From Escherichia phage slur16: a stretch of DNA of 64,000 nucleotides. The notes beneath the pieces are model-generated. The model worked only from the letters and a program-made list of their open reading frames with translations. It did no database searches and was not told where the DNA came from. Shown one piece after another: positions 28,093 through 35,789 of the stretch (positions are counted from its first letter, which is position 1; the number at the start of each line of letters is the position of its first letter). A program made the position numbers and the translations under genes. The stretch lies in the sequence record NC_028248.1, one strand, 5' to 3'.

Positions 28093-29199
28093 TTAGATAA
28101 AACGCTTGAACATAGAAGGTGATGAGATTGATGGAATCACACAAGGAAGTGCTACTTCCTCTTTCTCCAGGAAATTAATAGCAGAAGCTACACAGTCAGC
28201 CCAGTCGTCTTTTCTGTTAAATGTTGATCTTTCCCCGTTGAATTTTTCAAGTTCAGTCAGAAATGCTTCCAGAGTATCAGGATGGAAACTGGATTTTACA
28301 ATCCTCACCATTCCTTGTTGGGCAAGATTGGCAAAAGGTGAGAACCTTGTCAGTTTAGATTTGTTGGAAGGCATTGGGTCTTCTTCAACCCTAAACCCTT
28401 CGGCAAGCAAGGATCTGGAGGAGGTTAAGAACTCACTCTTACCTGCCTGACCGGGGTCCACAGAGAATACGATTATACAATCATCACCATCAAACTGCGC
28501 CTGTTTCCTGATGATCACATCTCGTTCACCAGCCTTTTTACAGAACTTGCCTTCTAGACCTGTGGAATACCTCCCGTCATCCACGTTCTCAGGACAATAA
28601 TCACCGGACAGGTAATAAAAGCCGTCGCTATCTTTACTTACCTTAACACTGGCGGTAAAGTCAGGAAATTTATTACCGGAAGTTCTCTCGGTTCCTGCCT
28701 TATCCCATGCCCTGCAAGATACTGATCCAAGGGGTACTCTATCGGCATCACGAAGGAAAGATCTTTGAAAATAGTTTGCGCCCTCAGGCTTTGCAAACCA
28801 GTTACCATGAAGAAGCTGAGCTTTTTCCAGTTCCGGCAGACCTTCAAGGAAAGCAAGGTATTCTGGGTTGTCTCTTAAGCAAACAGGATTATCGAATATT
28901 GTTGCGCCTATAAACGAGAATGACAACGGTCTTGGCTTGATCTCCACACCAAGTCCGTTAACCGTGGTGTATTTCTCTATCAACTCTTCTTTAGAGTCCC
29001 CCCAGATAAATTCACCGTCGCGTCGGATAAAATATCTTTTCTTACCGCATTTCTCCGGATCTGGATACCCTTCATCGTCCAACCACCACCTAACCAGTTT
29101 GGCAAGCATGTGTTCTGAATCGGGGTTACAGCTGATAACCATTCTTGATGGATACTTTGACTGAGATCGCAGACGAGACATCAGATAGTCTATCTGCTC
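28093..29199 (-). CDS. terL: Terminase large subunit, exon 2 (nuclease domain)
   Basis: Downstream frame open from ~29214; RMVISCNPD motif-III-like segment and C-terminal nuclease-type region (GNWFAKPEG...DDWADCVA). The 5' boundary is approximate and depends on the intron 3' splice site. Confidence 0.75.
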   Translation of the reverse strand, partial: EQIDYLMSRLRSQSKYPSRMVISCNPDSEHMLAKLVRWWLDDEGYPDPEKCGKKRYFIRRDGEFIWGDSKEELIEKYTTVNGLGVEIKPRPLSFSFIGATIFDNPVCLRDNPEYLAFLEGLPELEKAQLLHGNWFAKPEGANYFQRSFLRDADRVPLGSVSCRAWDKAGTERTSGNKFPDFTASVKVSKDSDGFYYLSGDYCPENVDDGRYSTGLEGKFCKKAGERDVIIRKQAQFDGDDCIIVFSVDPGQAGKSEFLTSSRSLLAEGFRVEEDPMPSNKSKLTRFSPFANLAQQGMVRIVKSSFHPDTLEAFLTELEKFNGERSTFNRKDDWADCVASAINFLEKEEVALPCVIPSISSPSMFKRFI

Positions 29200-29533
29200 C
29201 CATTCGAATTGTGTCGTTTATGTTCGGGCAAGGTCGCTAGTCTTGCCCCGCCATTTTCAGGCAGCTGCATGTCTCCATGCAGACCAGACTATATCTTATA
29301 AGCGACAACAACCGCTTATCCTCCCGTTTCGAATCGCTTGATTCTACGTCTTTCGACTAGTCGTTGAACGTTCATCCTCTCGGATGCTTCGCTGCGGATT
29401 ATCTAAATTAACACACTGTTACCATACCTTCGATCTCTCTTCGAAGCCTCTATCATGTTACCATGACAGGTTGGTGGTATTAATAGTAAAGATTTCCCCG
29501 CAATTAGGGAGGTTTTACGAGAGCTACAAATTA
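29200..29533 (-). ncRNA. Group I self-splicing intron (ORF-less) interrupting the terminase large subunit gene
   Basis: Minus-strand RNA contains the canonical group I core elements in order: P AAUUGCGGGGAAA (plus 29503-29516), Q AAUCCGCAGC (29391-29400), R GUUCAACGACUAGUCGAAAG (29350-29371), S AAGAUAUAGUCUGG (29284-29297). Exon 1 ends ...GAU GAG GGU immediately followed by an in-frame UAA; no ORF inside. Splice junctions estimated to within ~15 nt. Confidence 0.8.
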
Positions 29534-29959
29534 ACCCTCATCGAAGCAAACCATGGTGTACTCAAGCCCTTGATGGTTAAGCTTATCTTGTACATACTCC
29601 ATGTGGCAGTATTTTACAACAGCTCCCTTTTTGCTTCTATCCCACTTGCCAGTGTTCGGATCAAACCGTGGAAAAATGAACTTATGATCCTTCTCTCTGA
29701 ACTTTGGCTTAATGTTTTCAGGCAGATCACTATAAATAGCTACCGCTTTAGGCCATAGTCCACCCTCACCTTCCAACTGCGGGGTTGTTCTTCGGAACAT
29801 AACCACAGAGCTGTGGGGGTCATCAATAATTTTAAGTGGCATCAATTGCAAGAGGAACGACTTGCCAGACCCTGCGGCACCGCCGATTACCAAAATATCT
29901 GCATCGTTTTCGAGGATCATCTTCTGCTTTTCAGAACACGGTCCGTAAATCTTAGACAT
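29534..29959 (-). CDS. terL: Terminase large subunit, exon 1 (ATPase domain)
   Basis: Walker A GGAAGSGKS and Walker B MVCFDEG; the frame is closed by a UAA that is the first codon of the intron. Confidence 0.75.
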
Positions 29960-30246
29960 TAACCGCTCTCCTTTGGAAACAGTGTTCTAATATAGTCTTG
30001 CAAAATGATCAATTTAGCTCTATCATTGCTACAAGACAGATTATTATCCCTCATAATGCCAGAATTCACTGCATCTGGCGCACCTTTCTTCAAAGGCATA
30101 GCTTTAGCAGGTGGTTTCATGGCACCTTCCGGGGGTTTAACAATCAACCTTCCTACATCCGGAGGGTCAATCTTGTATTCTCTCTCAACGTTGGTTGCAC
30201 ACCCACATAATAACAAGCACACAATAAACAGTGTAGCAACTCTCAT
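29959..30246 (-). CDS. o-spanin-like outer-membrane lipoprotein (Rz1-like)
   Basis: 95-aa ORF with signal peptide plus lipobox-like LLLCGC, Pro-rich mature part, 4-nt ATGA overlap with the upstream i-spanin-like gene. Confidence 0.5.
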   Translation of the reverse strand: MRVATLFIVCLLLCGCATNVEREYKIDPPDVGRLIVKPPEGAMKPPAKAMPLKKGAPDAVNSGIMRDNNLSCSNDRAKLIILQDYIRTLFPKESG

Positions 30247-30641
30247 CGATCCTCCTGATTGATACTCTCATTATAAATATCTATAAGCTGATCAGGGAGT
30301 GTTGACTTCTTGCCTTCAGGTGACTGGAGGTAGATAATCTGCTTTTCTTTACCTGCCTTCTCAGCCATATTTAATTTATCCTGCAGATCAGAAAGGGATT
30401 TTTCAAGGTTTTTAACCTCCTCTGCGTGGCCCATTTTAATTTTGTCGGCCTGCTTTTGTTGCTGATCAAGGATCCGTTCCCACTTTAACTCTGTTGCTGA
30501 CACACCCTCTTGGTAGGCTTCATTAAGCTTAAAGTTAAACCAATATACGGCTCCAAGATAAGCTGTACCTAGCGCAGCTGCAAAAACTAAACCTTTTATG
30601 ATCCCTCTATACCTACTCAGCCATGTTAAAACTGAAATCAT
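30243..30641 (-). CDS. i-spanin-like protein (Rz-like)
   Basis: 132-aa ORF: N-terminal transmembrane helix (IIKGLVFAAALGTAYLGAVYWF) followed by a charged coiled-coil periplasmic domain. Confidence 0.55.
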   Translation of the reverse strand: MISVLTWLSRYRGIIKGLVFAAALGTAYLGAVYWFNFKLNEAYQEGVSATELKWERILDQQQKQADKIKMGHAEEVKNLEKSLSDLQDKLNMAEKAGKEKQIIYLQSPEGKKSTLPDQLIDIYNESINQEDR

Positions 30642-30649
30642 TTTAAGGC

Positions 30650-30690
30650 TCCAGAAACGAAAAAACCCCGCAGCTATACAGCTAACGGGG
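30650..30690 (-). terminator. Terminator at the 3' end of the tRNA operon
   Basis: Minus-strand hairpin CCCCG-(15-nt loop)-CGGGG (plus 30666-30690) followed by UUUUUUCGUUU. Confidence 0.45.
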
Positions 30691-30746
30691 CGGGTTAAAA
30701 TTGAGTAACCTAAATAGATCGAAACTAACTAAAAGGAGACTAATAC

Positions 30747-31016
30747 TTATCGAGGCACTCGGTGGATGATTCTAACAGTAACTGCATTTTCATTCATCAA
30801 GTATGCATCTACATCTCTGTAAATATAAAACTTCTGCTCACTATCAACAACACAAGCTACCGCCCCTTCAGAGTTGTCTTCAAAAAAGACCACCACTGCA
30901 TCGCAGCTGAGTTCATGATATGACTCTCGAAGATTTACAGCCAGAGGATTGAAATCGTCACGAAAATCTACGGTATGGGTTGGATTTACACGCTCTACAA
31001 TTTTAAGTGTATACAT
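30747..31016 (-). CDS. Hypothetical small protein downstream of the tRNA cluster
   Basis: Track ORF 30747-31106 trimmed to the internal Met (MYTLKIVERV...) because its N-terminal extension overlaps tRNA-Pro. Confidence 0.4.
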   Translation of the reverse strand: MYTLKIVERVNPTHTVDFRDDFNPLAVNLRESYHELSCDAVVVFFEDNSEGAVACVVDSEQKFYIYRDVDAYLMNENAVTVRIIHRVPR

Positions 31017-31062
31017 TTTAAAGGTTCCTTTTGTTTGTATATGTTTAAAGTATAACTGAAAG

Positions 31063-31139
31063 TGGTCTCCACGGAGTGATTCGAACACTCGACCTCCTGA
31101 TCCCAAATCAGGCGCTCTACCAAGCTGAGCTACGCGGAG
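31063..31139 (-). tRNA. tRNA-Pro (anticodon UGG)
   Basis: Folded by hand: acceptor CUCCGCG/CGUGGAG with C1:G72, anticodon stem CCUGA/UCAGG, loop UUUGGGA with G37, T-loop UUCGAAU, encoded CCA. Confidence 0.85.
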
Positions 31140-31150
31140 TATTTATTATT

Positions 31151-31225
31151 TGGTGGCCCTGGGTGGAATTGAACCACCGTCTGGCGATTATGAGTCGCTT
31201 GCTTGAACCTTCCAGCTACAGGGCC
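31151..31225 (-). tRNA. tRNA-Met (anticodon CAU; elongator type, tRNA-Ile2 not excluded)
   Basis: Acceptor GGCCCUG/CAGGGCC, anticodon loop CUCAUAA, T-arm GGUGG-UUCAAUU-CCACC, encoded CCA; G1:C72 argues against initiator. Confidence 0.8.
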
Positions 31226-31226
31226 A

Positions 31227-31302
31227 TGGTGCTGATGGCAGGACTTGAACCTGCAACCTATTGATTACAAATCAATTGCACTACCAATTGTGCTACATCA
31301 GC
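31227..31302 (-). tRNA. tRNA-Thr (anticodon UGU)
   Basis: 76-nt cloverleaf: acceptor GCUGAUG/CAUCAGC, D-stem GCAC/GUGC, anticodon stem AUUGA/UCAAU with loop UUUGUAA, T-arm GCAGG-UUCAAGU-CCUGC, CCA. Confidence 0.85.
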
Positions 31303-31308
31303 AAAAAA

Positions 31309-31407
31309 GGTGCTAGGTGATGGAATCGAACCACCTATGTATTCAACGACTACCTCGTCTATTTTCAGGATTAAAAATCCTCGCCCTTGCCAAAGGGCTT
31401 ACCTAGC
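31309..31407 (-). tRNA. Aberrant tRNA-like element (99 nt; possible tRNA-Lys UUU derivative with ~26 extra nt)
   Basis: Perfect 7-bp acceptor pairing GCUAGGU/ACCUAGC, D-arm GCCC-UUUGGCAA-GGGC, T-arm GGUGG-UUCGAUU-CCAUC, 3' end ...ACC followed by UUUUUU (no encoded CCA). The anticodon position is a palindromic hairpin AGGAUU-UUU-AAUCCU (alternatively a 4-bp stem with UUUUUAA loop, anticodon UUU), and ~30 nt lie between it and the T-arm. Confidence 0.35.
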
Positions 31408-31505
31408 TCAGTATGTTGACCATGTTGCTAGTCGGCGATGACGACTGTAACATTTGATAATCCGGTTCTGCTTCCGGCTTTCGCTTAATTACAAGGTCAA
31501 CAATA

Positions 31506-31596
31506 TGGCTGAGGGTAATGGAATCGAACCATCATCGAGTCATCCTCAACGGGACGGTTTTCAAGACCGCTTGAGCACCATTGCTCCCTACCCTCA
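31506..31596 (-). tRNA. tRNA-Ser (anticodon UGA)
   Basis: Type II tRNA: acceptor UGAGGGU/ACCCUCA, anticodon arm GCGGU-CUUGAAA-ACCGU, long variable arm (UUGAG-GAUGA-CUCGA), T-arm GAUGG-UUCGAUU-CCAUU, CCA. Confidence 0.8.
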
Positions 31597-31710
31597 TTTA
31601 TAAACAATACTGATAATGACACTGATTTTCGAGCAGTTAGTGACTAGTATAAACGACGATAAATATCAATGCCATTATCTGTATGATTTATGCATTTAAA
31701 ACTATAAATT

Positions 31711-31797
31711 TGGTGGGGAGTGGTGGAGTCGAACCACCCGAGTCGTAATGACAATAGATTTACAGTCTACACCGCTACCTCTACGGGATAACTCCCC
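31711..31797 (-). tRNA. tRNA-Tyr (anticodon GUA)
   Basis: Acceptor GGGGAGU/ACUCCCC, anticodon arm GUAGA-CUGUAAA-UCUAU, long variable arm, T-arm GGUGG-UUCGACU-CCACC, CCA. Confidence 0.8.
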
Positions 31798-31801
31798 AAT
31801 T

Positions 31802-31876
31802 TGGCACCCCGTACTGGACTCGAACCAGTGTCAACGGCTTAGAAGGCCGCTGCTTTATCCACTAAGCTAACAGGGC
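31802..31876 (-). tRNA. tRNA-Arg (anticodon UCU)
   Basis: Acceptor GCCCUGU/ACGGGGU (G-U wobbles), D-stem GCUU/AAGC, anticodon arm GCGGC-CUUCUAA-GCCGU, T-arm CUGG-UUCGAGU-CCAG, CCA. Confidence 0.8.
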
Positions 31877-31933
31877 ACTGGGTGGCTTTCTTTTACACCT
31901 TAGCCGCCAGAAAAGGTGGGAGACCATGTTTAC

Positions 31934-31962
31934 AATATTACACTGTTAAGCAAAGTTTGTCA
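31934..31962 (-). promoter_or_regulatory. Sigma70-type promoter driving the tRNA operon
   Basis: Minus strand TTGACA (plus 31957-31962), 17-nt spacer, TAATAT (plus 31934-31939); located ~55 nt upstream of tRNA-Arg. Confidence 0.55.
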
Positions 31963-31972
31963 AGAAAATATT

Positions 31973-32313
31973 TTAGCTATTGCTAACAGGTTGTATTTCT
32001 GTGGTAAATGGCATAAAAGGTGCTGGTTTTTCAGCCTCTTCTACTACCACCTCTTCCTCTTCACCAAACATCTCATCATATTCTTCCTGCATTCGGTCTG
32101 CCTTATCAAGAACATACTCTGCAATGCTTTGACGAATATTTTGTTTGGTTTTCGGGTCCAACATCAGCTCTCTTAGAACTTTGTGAGCTTCTGGAACCAT
32201 CGCTATAAAAGATTCCTTCATATCGAGGATGTTCTTCTCTAGCTGAATGGCGTTGGACTCCTCTTTCAGAGGTCTGCCTCTACGGCGACGCTTTTTAGTT
32301 GTATCCGCCATGT
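31973..32313 (-). CDS. Small basic protein with AT-hook-like motif (KRRRRGRPLK), hypothetical DNA-binding
   Basis: Start set at the Met of MADTTKKRRRRGRP, preceded by GGAGGAAAC RBS; the longer track ORF extends into a GC-rich non-coding island. Confidence 0.4.
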
Positions 32314-32659
32314 TTCCTCCATTATCACGTGATAGGTGGATTTTATCATAGCAAATACTGATTGTCAAGTTCGCCGCAGGGTGGTATTCCCTGCGACTTG
32401 TCCAGCGTCCTGGACCAGCAAGACCCAACAAGTGGGTTTTCCAGCTATACCCATTACCGCGCACAGGCTCGACCTTATTACAGGTTGGCTGGGGTCACAT
32501 CGTCATGTGCTGGCTGCCCCTACCATTTTAAGTGTGGTGCACTATCAAGCCCTCTAAGGGGAACTCAGCTTTCTCCGAACCCTGTTTCAAAGCATCCGGA
32601 GATAAAGCCATCAAATTCATCTTTAAATTGGATATTCATCATGATACACGAAAACAACC

Positions 32660-32902
32660 TCATTGTAAAGCACAAATAAATAAAACATACTTGATTTGTT
32701 TGTTATCGGGCTCAGGGTAGAAGTAGAAGATCTTGCTATCACCGATCTGAACACCACCATCCCAACAGCATAGCCCATAACCCGTATTCATACAAGCTAA
32801 GTCGTTGGCAAAATCTATTGCATCATCCAGTGCACGAAATTCACCTTCATCTTCTAAATAATCCTCATTCATGGAACGAAAAACGAGCTTAACCTTAAAC
32901 AT
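32660..32902 (-). CDS. Hypothetical protein
   Basis: 80-aa ORF, acidic. Confidence 0.3.
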   Translation of the reverse strand: MFKVKLVFRSMNEDYLEDEGEFRALDDAIDFANDLACMNTGYGLCCWDGGVQIGDSKIFYFYPEPDNKQIKYVLFICALQ

Positions 32903-32978
32903 AGCATTACCTGTAGACCTCGTAAGTTAAAATTGTATCACATCATATTGCAGATCTTATCAGGTAACATTATTTTTG

Positions 32979-33188
32979 TCAACAGATTCCGGCCTTATCC
33001 CTCCTGTCTGCGTATTCTTTAATCGCAACCTCATCTGCATTGGTGACTAAATCTTCAAAGTAACTCTCAAGCTCCTCGTCAATGTCAGGAAACCAACTCT
33101 TTTTCCTGTCAGTGTGAATCGCAGACTTGTTGAATTTATTACAGTTCTTTGCTACCGGATTGTTCATTAATCGCCCCTCAGCGTTCAT
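32979..33188 (-). CDS. Hypothetical protein
   Basis: 69-aa ORF. Confidence 0.25.
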   Translation of the reverse strand: MNAEGRLMNNPVAKNCNKFNKSAIHTDRKKSWFPDIDEELESYFEDLVTNADEVAIKEYADRRDKAGIC

Positions 33189-33756
33189 AGTAAATCTTAT
33201 TTAACATTACCTCATCCTTTGCAGAAAGAATACCGAGATATGCATCACCGAACCTACCTGCAACAACCTCTACATGATACATAACTTCGTTAATATCGTC
33301 AAGAGTGATAACTGGATGACCGTACCTCTCTGAGTATTGTCTCAGAGTGCGATGTAGGGAATCATCATCGTAGGCAGACTTTTTAATATCACAAACACGA
33401 CGAATAGCCTTGATGTCGAAAAACCCTGTGCGATACCAACCAAGAAAAAGGTTTCGTACAGTGTCAACACCTACATCAACACCGTCAAGAACCTTATCTA
33501 CAAGATAGCTGTCATCCTTTGGACCTGCTTCCTTAGTTCGAATGTAGTTGCCATCTTTTCCTGGTGACAGCTCCTTCTCATCACCAACCTGAATGCCATC
33601 ATTTGGCGGTGTTAACCACTTATCCGGATGCTTACGATCACGAGCGTTAGAATGATTACGCTGGAAACCTGGCTTCCACTTGAAAGTTTTCTCCATCTGT
33701 TCTTCATTCTGATAACGTTTTGCAATCTTTTCACGGTCATCTTTGCGTGGACTCAT
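33178..33756 (-). CDS. Hypothetical protein
   Basis: 192-aa ORF, charged N-terminus; no recognizable motif. Confidence 0.35.
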   Translation of the reverse strand: MSPRKDDREKIAKRYQNEEQMEKTFKWKPGFQRNHSNARDRKHPDKWLTPPNDGIQVGDEKELSPGKDGNYIRTKEAGPKDDSYLVDKVLDGVDVGVDTVRNLFLGWYRTGFFDIKAIRRVCDIKKSAYDDDSLHRTLRQYSERYGHPVITLDDINEVMYHVEVVAGRFGDAYLGILSAKDEVMLNKIYYER

Positions 33757-34262
33757 AGCTGCCTCCTCTTCAAGTTATAGAAAAACTCACTGTATCGCTT
33801 TGTAACGAGCTTTTCTATCAAACTGGTGCGATTGCCTTACCTGGTATAGTTTATATAGCTGTGGAGCGATTTAGGGGCCTTCTTGTCCGTTTCCACACAT
33901 AAACTTCATCCAAGCTCGCGCGGGAGACTCTCAACCGACTCCTTACGGCGCTGGCAAGCTTTCGTCGGTGGTCCACATCAGTGCTCGGCCTTTGGCCTGC
34001 GCTATCGCTTCGCTCCCACACATGTTAACAGACCTTCATGTATGCACTTCTGTTATTGTGTGCACCAAGGAGGCCCGGCATCTCGCCCCTCGTAGGCGAG
34101 TGCCAATGAAGGGCCGACACTACCTATAGTAAGTAATAAATTTAAAACATGGTACTTAGGATCTAGTATATTCTACATAAGTTAAGTATATGTATTTAGT
34201 ACCATAAGTACTAGATCTTTTATTTTTTTTATTATTTAGTTATTTTAGTTATATTCTTTATG

Positions 34263-34343
34263 TGTCCGTATCACGGACAGTTAGTGTCCGTATTACGGAC
34301 AGATGTGTCCGCGTGACGGACAGTAGTGTCCGTATCACGGACA
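34263..34343. repeat. Four tandem, phased 17-bp palindromic sites (TGTCCG-N5-CGGACA) - operator/iteron array
   Basis: tgtccgtatcacggaca (34263-34279), tgtccgtattacggaca (34285-34301), tgtccgcgtgacggaca (34306-34322), tgtccgtatcacggaca (34327-34343); centre-to-centre spacing 21-22 bp; flanked by an AT-rich tract at 34140-34260. Confidence 0.7.
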
Positions 34344-34418
34344 GTTACTAACCTCTGTTCCAGAGTGAACATAAAACATACGAATCCTTATAGTACAGAT
34401 ATTTAAGTTTTTACTGGT

Positions 34419-34769
34419 CTAACCAGTTGTTGACATTCGAATAACTTCTTCTGGTGGCAAAACTTTGGAAAATGTGCATCTTTTACCTCTCCCTTGTGTG
34501 GATATTTCAACCACTCCTGCACATTCTAAAGTTTTAACGCACGCTGCTGCTTTTGTTTTCTTTATCCCAATATCTGCTGCAATTTTCCTTGTGCTGGGCG
34601 TGAAGCGTGAATTTCCTCCAAGCTTATACCAGTTGTGCAGGTAGCAGTATACGATCTTGTCATATAAGTCAAGAACAACAACCTCACCAGTTGTGTCATT
34701 CAAAACTTTTGACATAGACAGTATTTCAAGGGGGACTTTAAGATATAGCAGCTTATCCCCATCTTTCAT
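34419..34769 (-). CDS. Hypothetical protein, possible HTH DNA-binding protein
   Basis: 116-aa ORF; segment STRKIAADIGIKKTKAAACVKTLECAGVVEI resembles a helix-turn-helix; lies ~75 bp from the palindromic repeat array. Confidence 0.3.
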   Translation of the reverse strand: MKDGDKLLYLKVPLEILSMSKVLNDTTGEVVVLDLYDKIVYCYLHNWYKLGGNSRFTPSTRKIAADIGIKKTKAAACVKTLECAGVVEISTQGRGKRCTFSKVLPPEEVIRMSTTG

Positions 34770-34816
34770 ATCTCCTGATTCTCCTTGTGTGGCAATTTTC
34801 TTTAAAATAGCAGGGA

Positions 34817-35371
34817 TTACTCCACGCTGTCAATAGCAAGACTCATTGCAATACGGTATGCCTCTTCTAATGGTAAGAGTCTCCCCCACACATCCCAACC
34901 GACATCAAACTGCCTGCCAAACAACTGCTGTGTGGTTCCGTGAGCATGACCGAACAGTTGGACCGATCCGTGAGGCTTTCTGTTCCACTTTGCAAACTGG
35001 TAATGGCTCATACAGATCAAATTCTTGTTGTGGCGAAGCTCGTAATAATCTACAACCTCATGACCGAACTCTTTCATAATTCTGACAGTCGTCCTTGTGT
35101 CATGGTTACCACGAACAAGAATAATATGTCCGTTCAACATATTTAGAACATCTGGGAGCAATTTGTTAATATTCTTATCATTAGTGCACGCAATATCTCC
35201 TAAGTGAAACACAGTGTCTGCAGGTGACACAACAGAGTTCCACTTGGTGATGATCCCCGCATTCATACTGTCAAGATTGTGATCATACTGAGATCTGTGT
35301 TTTTGACATGAGTCAAACTCCATGACCCGCTGGTGGAGAAAGTGTGTGTCGCTTGTTACAAAGTATTTCAT
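34817..35371 (-). CDS. Calcineurin-like metallophosphoesterase (putative polynucleotide 2',3'/3' phosphatase)
   Basis: Start trimmed to MKYFVTSDTHF; metallophosphoesterase motifs DTHF, HLGDI, VRGNHD, GHAH. Confidence 0.65.
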   Translation of the reverse strand: MKYFVTSDTHFLHQRVMEFDSCQKHRSQYDHNLDSMNAGIITKWNSVVSPADTVFHLGDIACTNDKNINKLLPDVLNMLNGHIILVRGNHDTRTTVRIMKEFGHEVVDYYELRHNKNLICMSHYQFAKWNRKPHGSVQLFGHAHGTTQQLFGRQFDVGWDVWGRLLPLEEAYRIAMSLAIDSVE

Positions 35372-35378
35372 ACATTCC

Positions 35379-35789
35379 TCATTTAAGTTTAATGCAGTTT
35401 TTAAGCTGGCGTTCCATACGATCCACAACCCTGTCTGGAACATCATGAATGCTTTTACTACCATGGCGGTTTTCAACCACGATTACGGTATAACTATACC
35501 TATGACTGATCGCCATGTCAATATATTCTTGCACATATTTTTCTTTTGTAAATGTATTACTTACCACGATACGGTCGTATCCCATACGCATCATATCTTC
35601 TACGTTATCTTTGCACCATTTTGCTGCAAGTGTTACTTTACTTGCATCCCAGTTGTAATTTCCATCATCGTCGTACCAGAACATGTCGTTCTCAAAATGT
35701 GGATACAGACCTTCTAAAGATAGCGCACTTGCCAGTGTTGATTTGCCAGACCCTGGTAGACCACGCACGATATATAGCATTTTAGACAT
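35379..35789 (-). CDS. P-loop polynucleotide 5'-kinase-like protein (T4 Pnk kinase-domain-like)
   Basis: Start at MSKMLYIVRG preceded by GGAGG RBS; Walker A GLPGSGKST, downstream VVSNTF, resembling the T4 Pnk kinase domain layout. Confidence 0.55.
   Translation of the reverse strand: MSKMLYIVRGLPGSGKSTLASALSLEGLYPHFENDMFWYDDDGNYNWDASKVTLAAKWCKDNVEDMMRMGYDRIVVSNTFTKEKYVQEYIDMAISHRYSYTVIVVENRHGSKSIHDVPDRVVDRMERQLKNCIKLK

Noticed and set aside
31017-31106. N-terminal 30 codons of track ORF 30747-31106
   Set aside because: The extension overlaps tRNA-Pro (31063-31139) on the same strand; the gene was trimmed to the internal Met at 31016.
31408-31505. Additional tRNA in the 98-nt spacer between the tRNA-like element and tRNA-Ser
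   Set aside because: A 7-bp closing helix and internal hairpins exist but no T-loop (UUCGA) or plausible anticodon arm could be built.
32314-32464. N-terminal 50 codons of track ORF 31973-32464
   Set aside because: The extension (MRGNGYSWKTHLLGLAGPGRW...) is low-complexity and runs into the GC-rich structured island; a GGAGG RBS precedes the internal Met at 32313.
33883-34095. 70-aa plus-strand ORF inside the second GC-rich island
   Set aside because: Opposite to local gene orientation, no RBS, Arg/Ser/Pro-rich low-complexity translation; more likely non-coding.
34263-34343. Possible CRISPR array
   Set aside because: The repeats are 17-bp palindromes separated by only 4-5 bp with no spacers of CRISPR length and no cas genes; consistent with operator or iteron sites.
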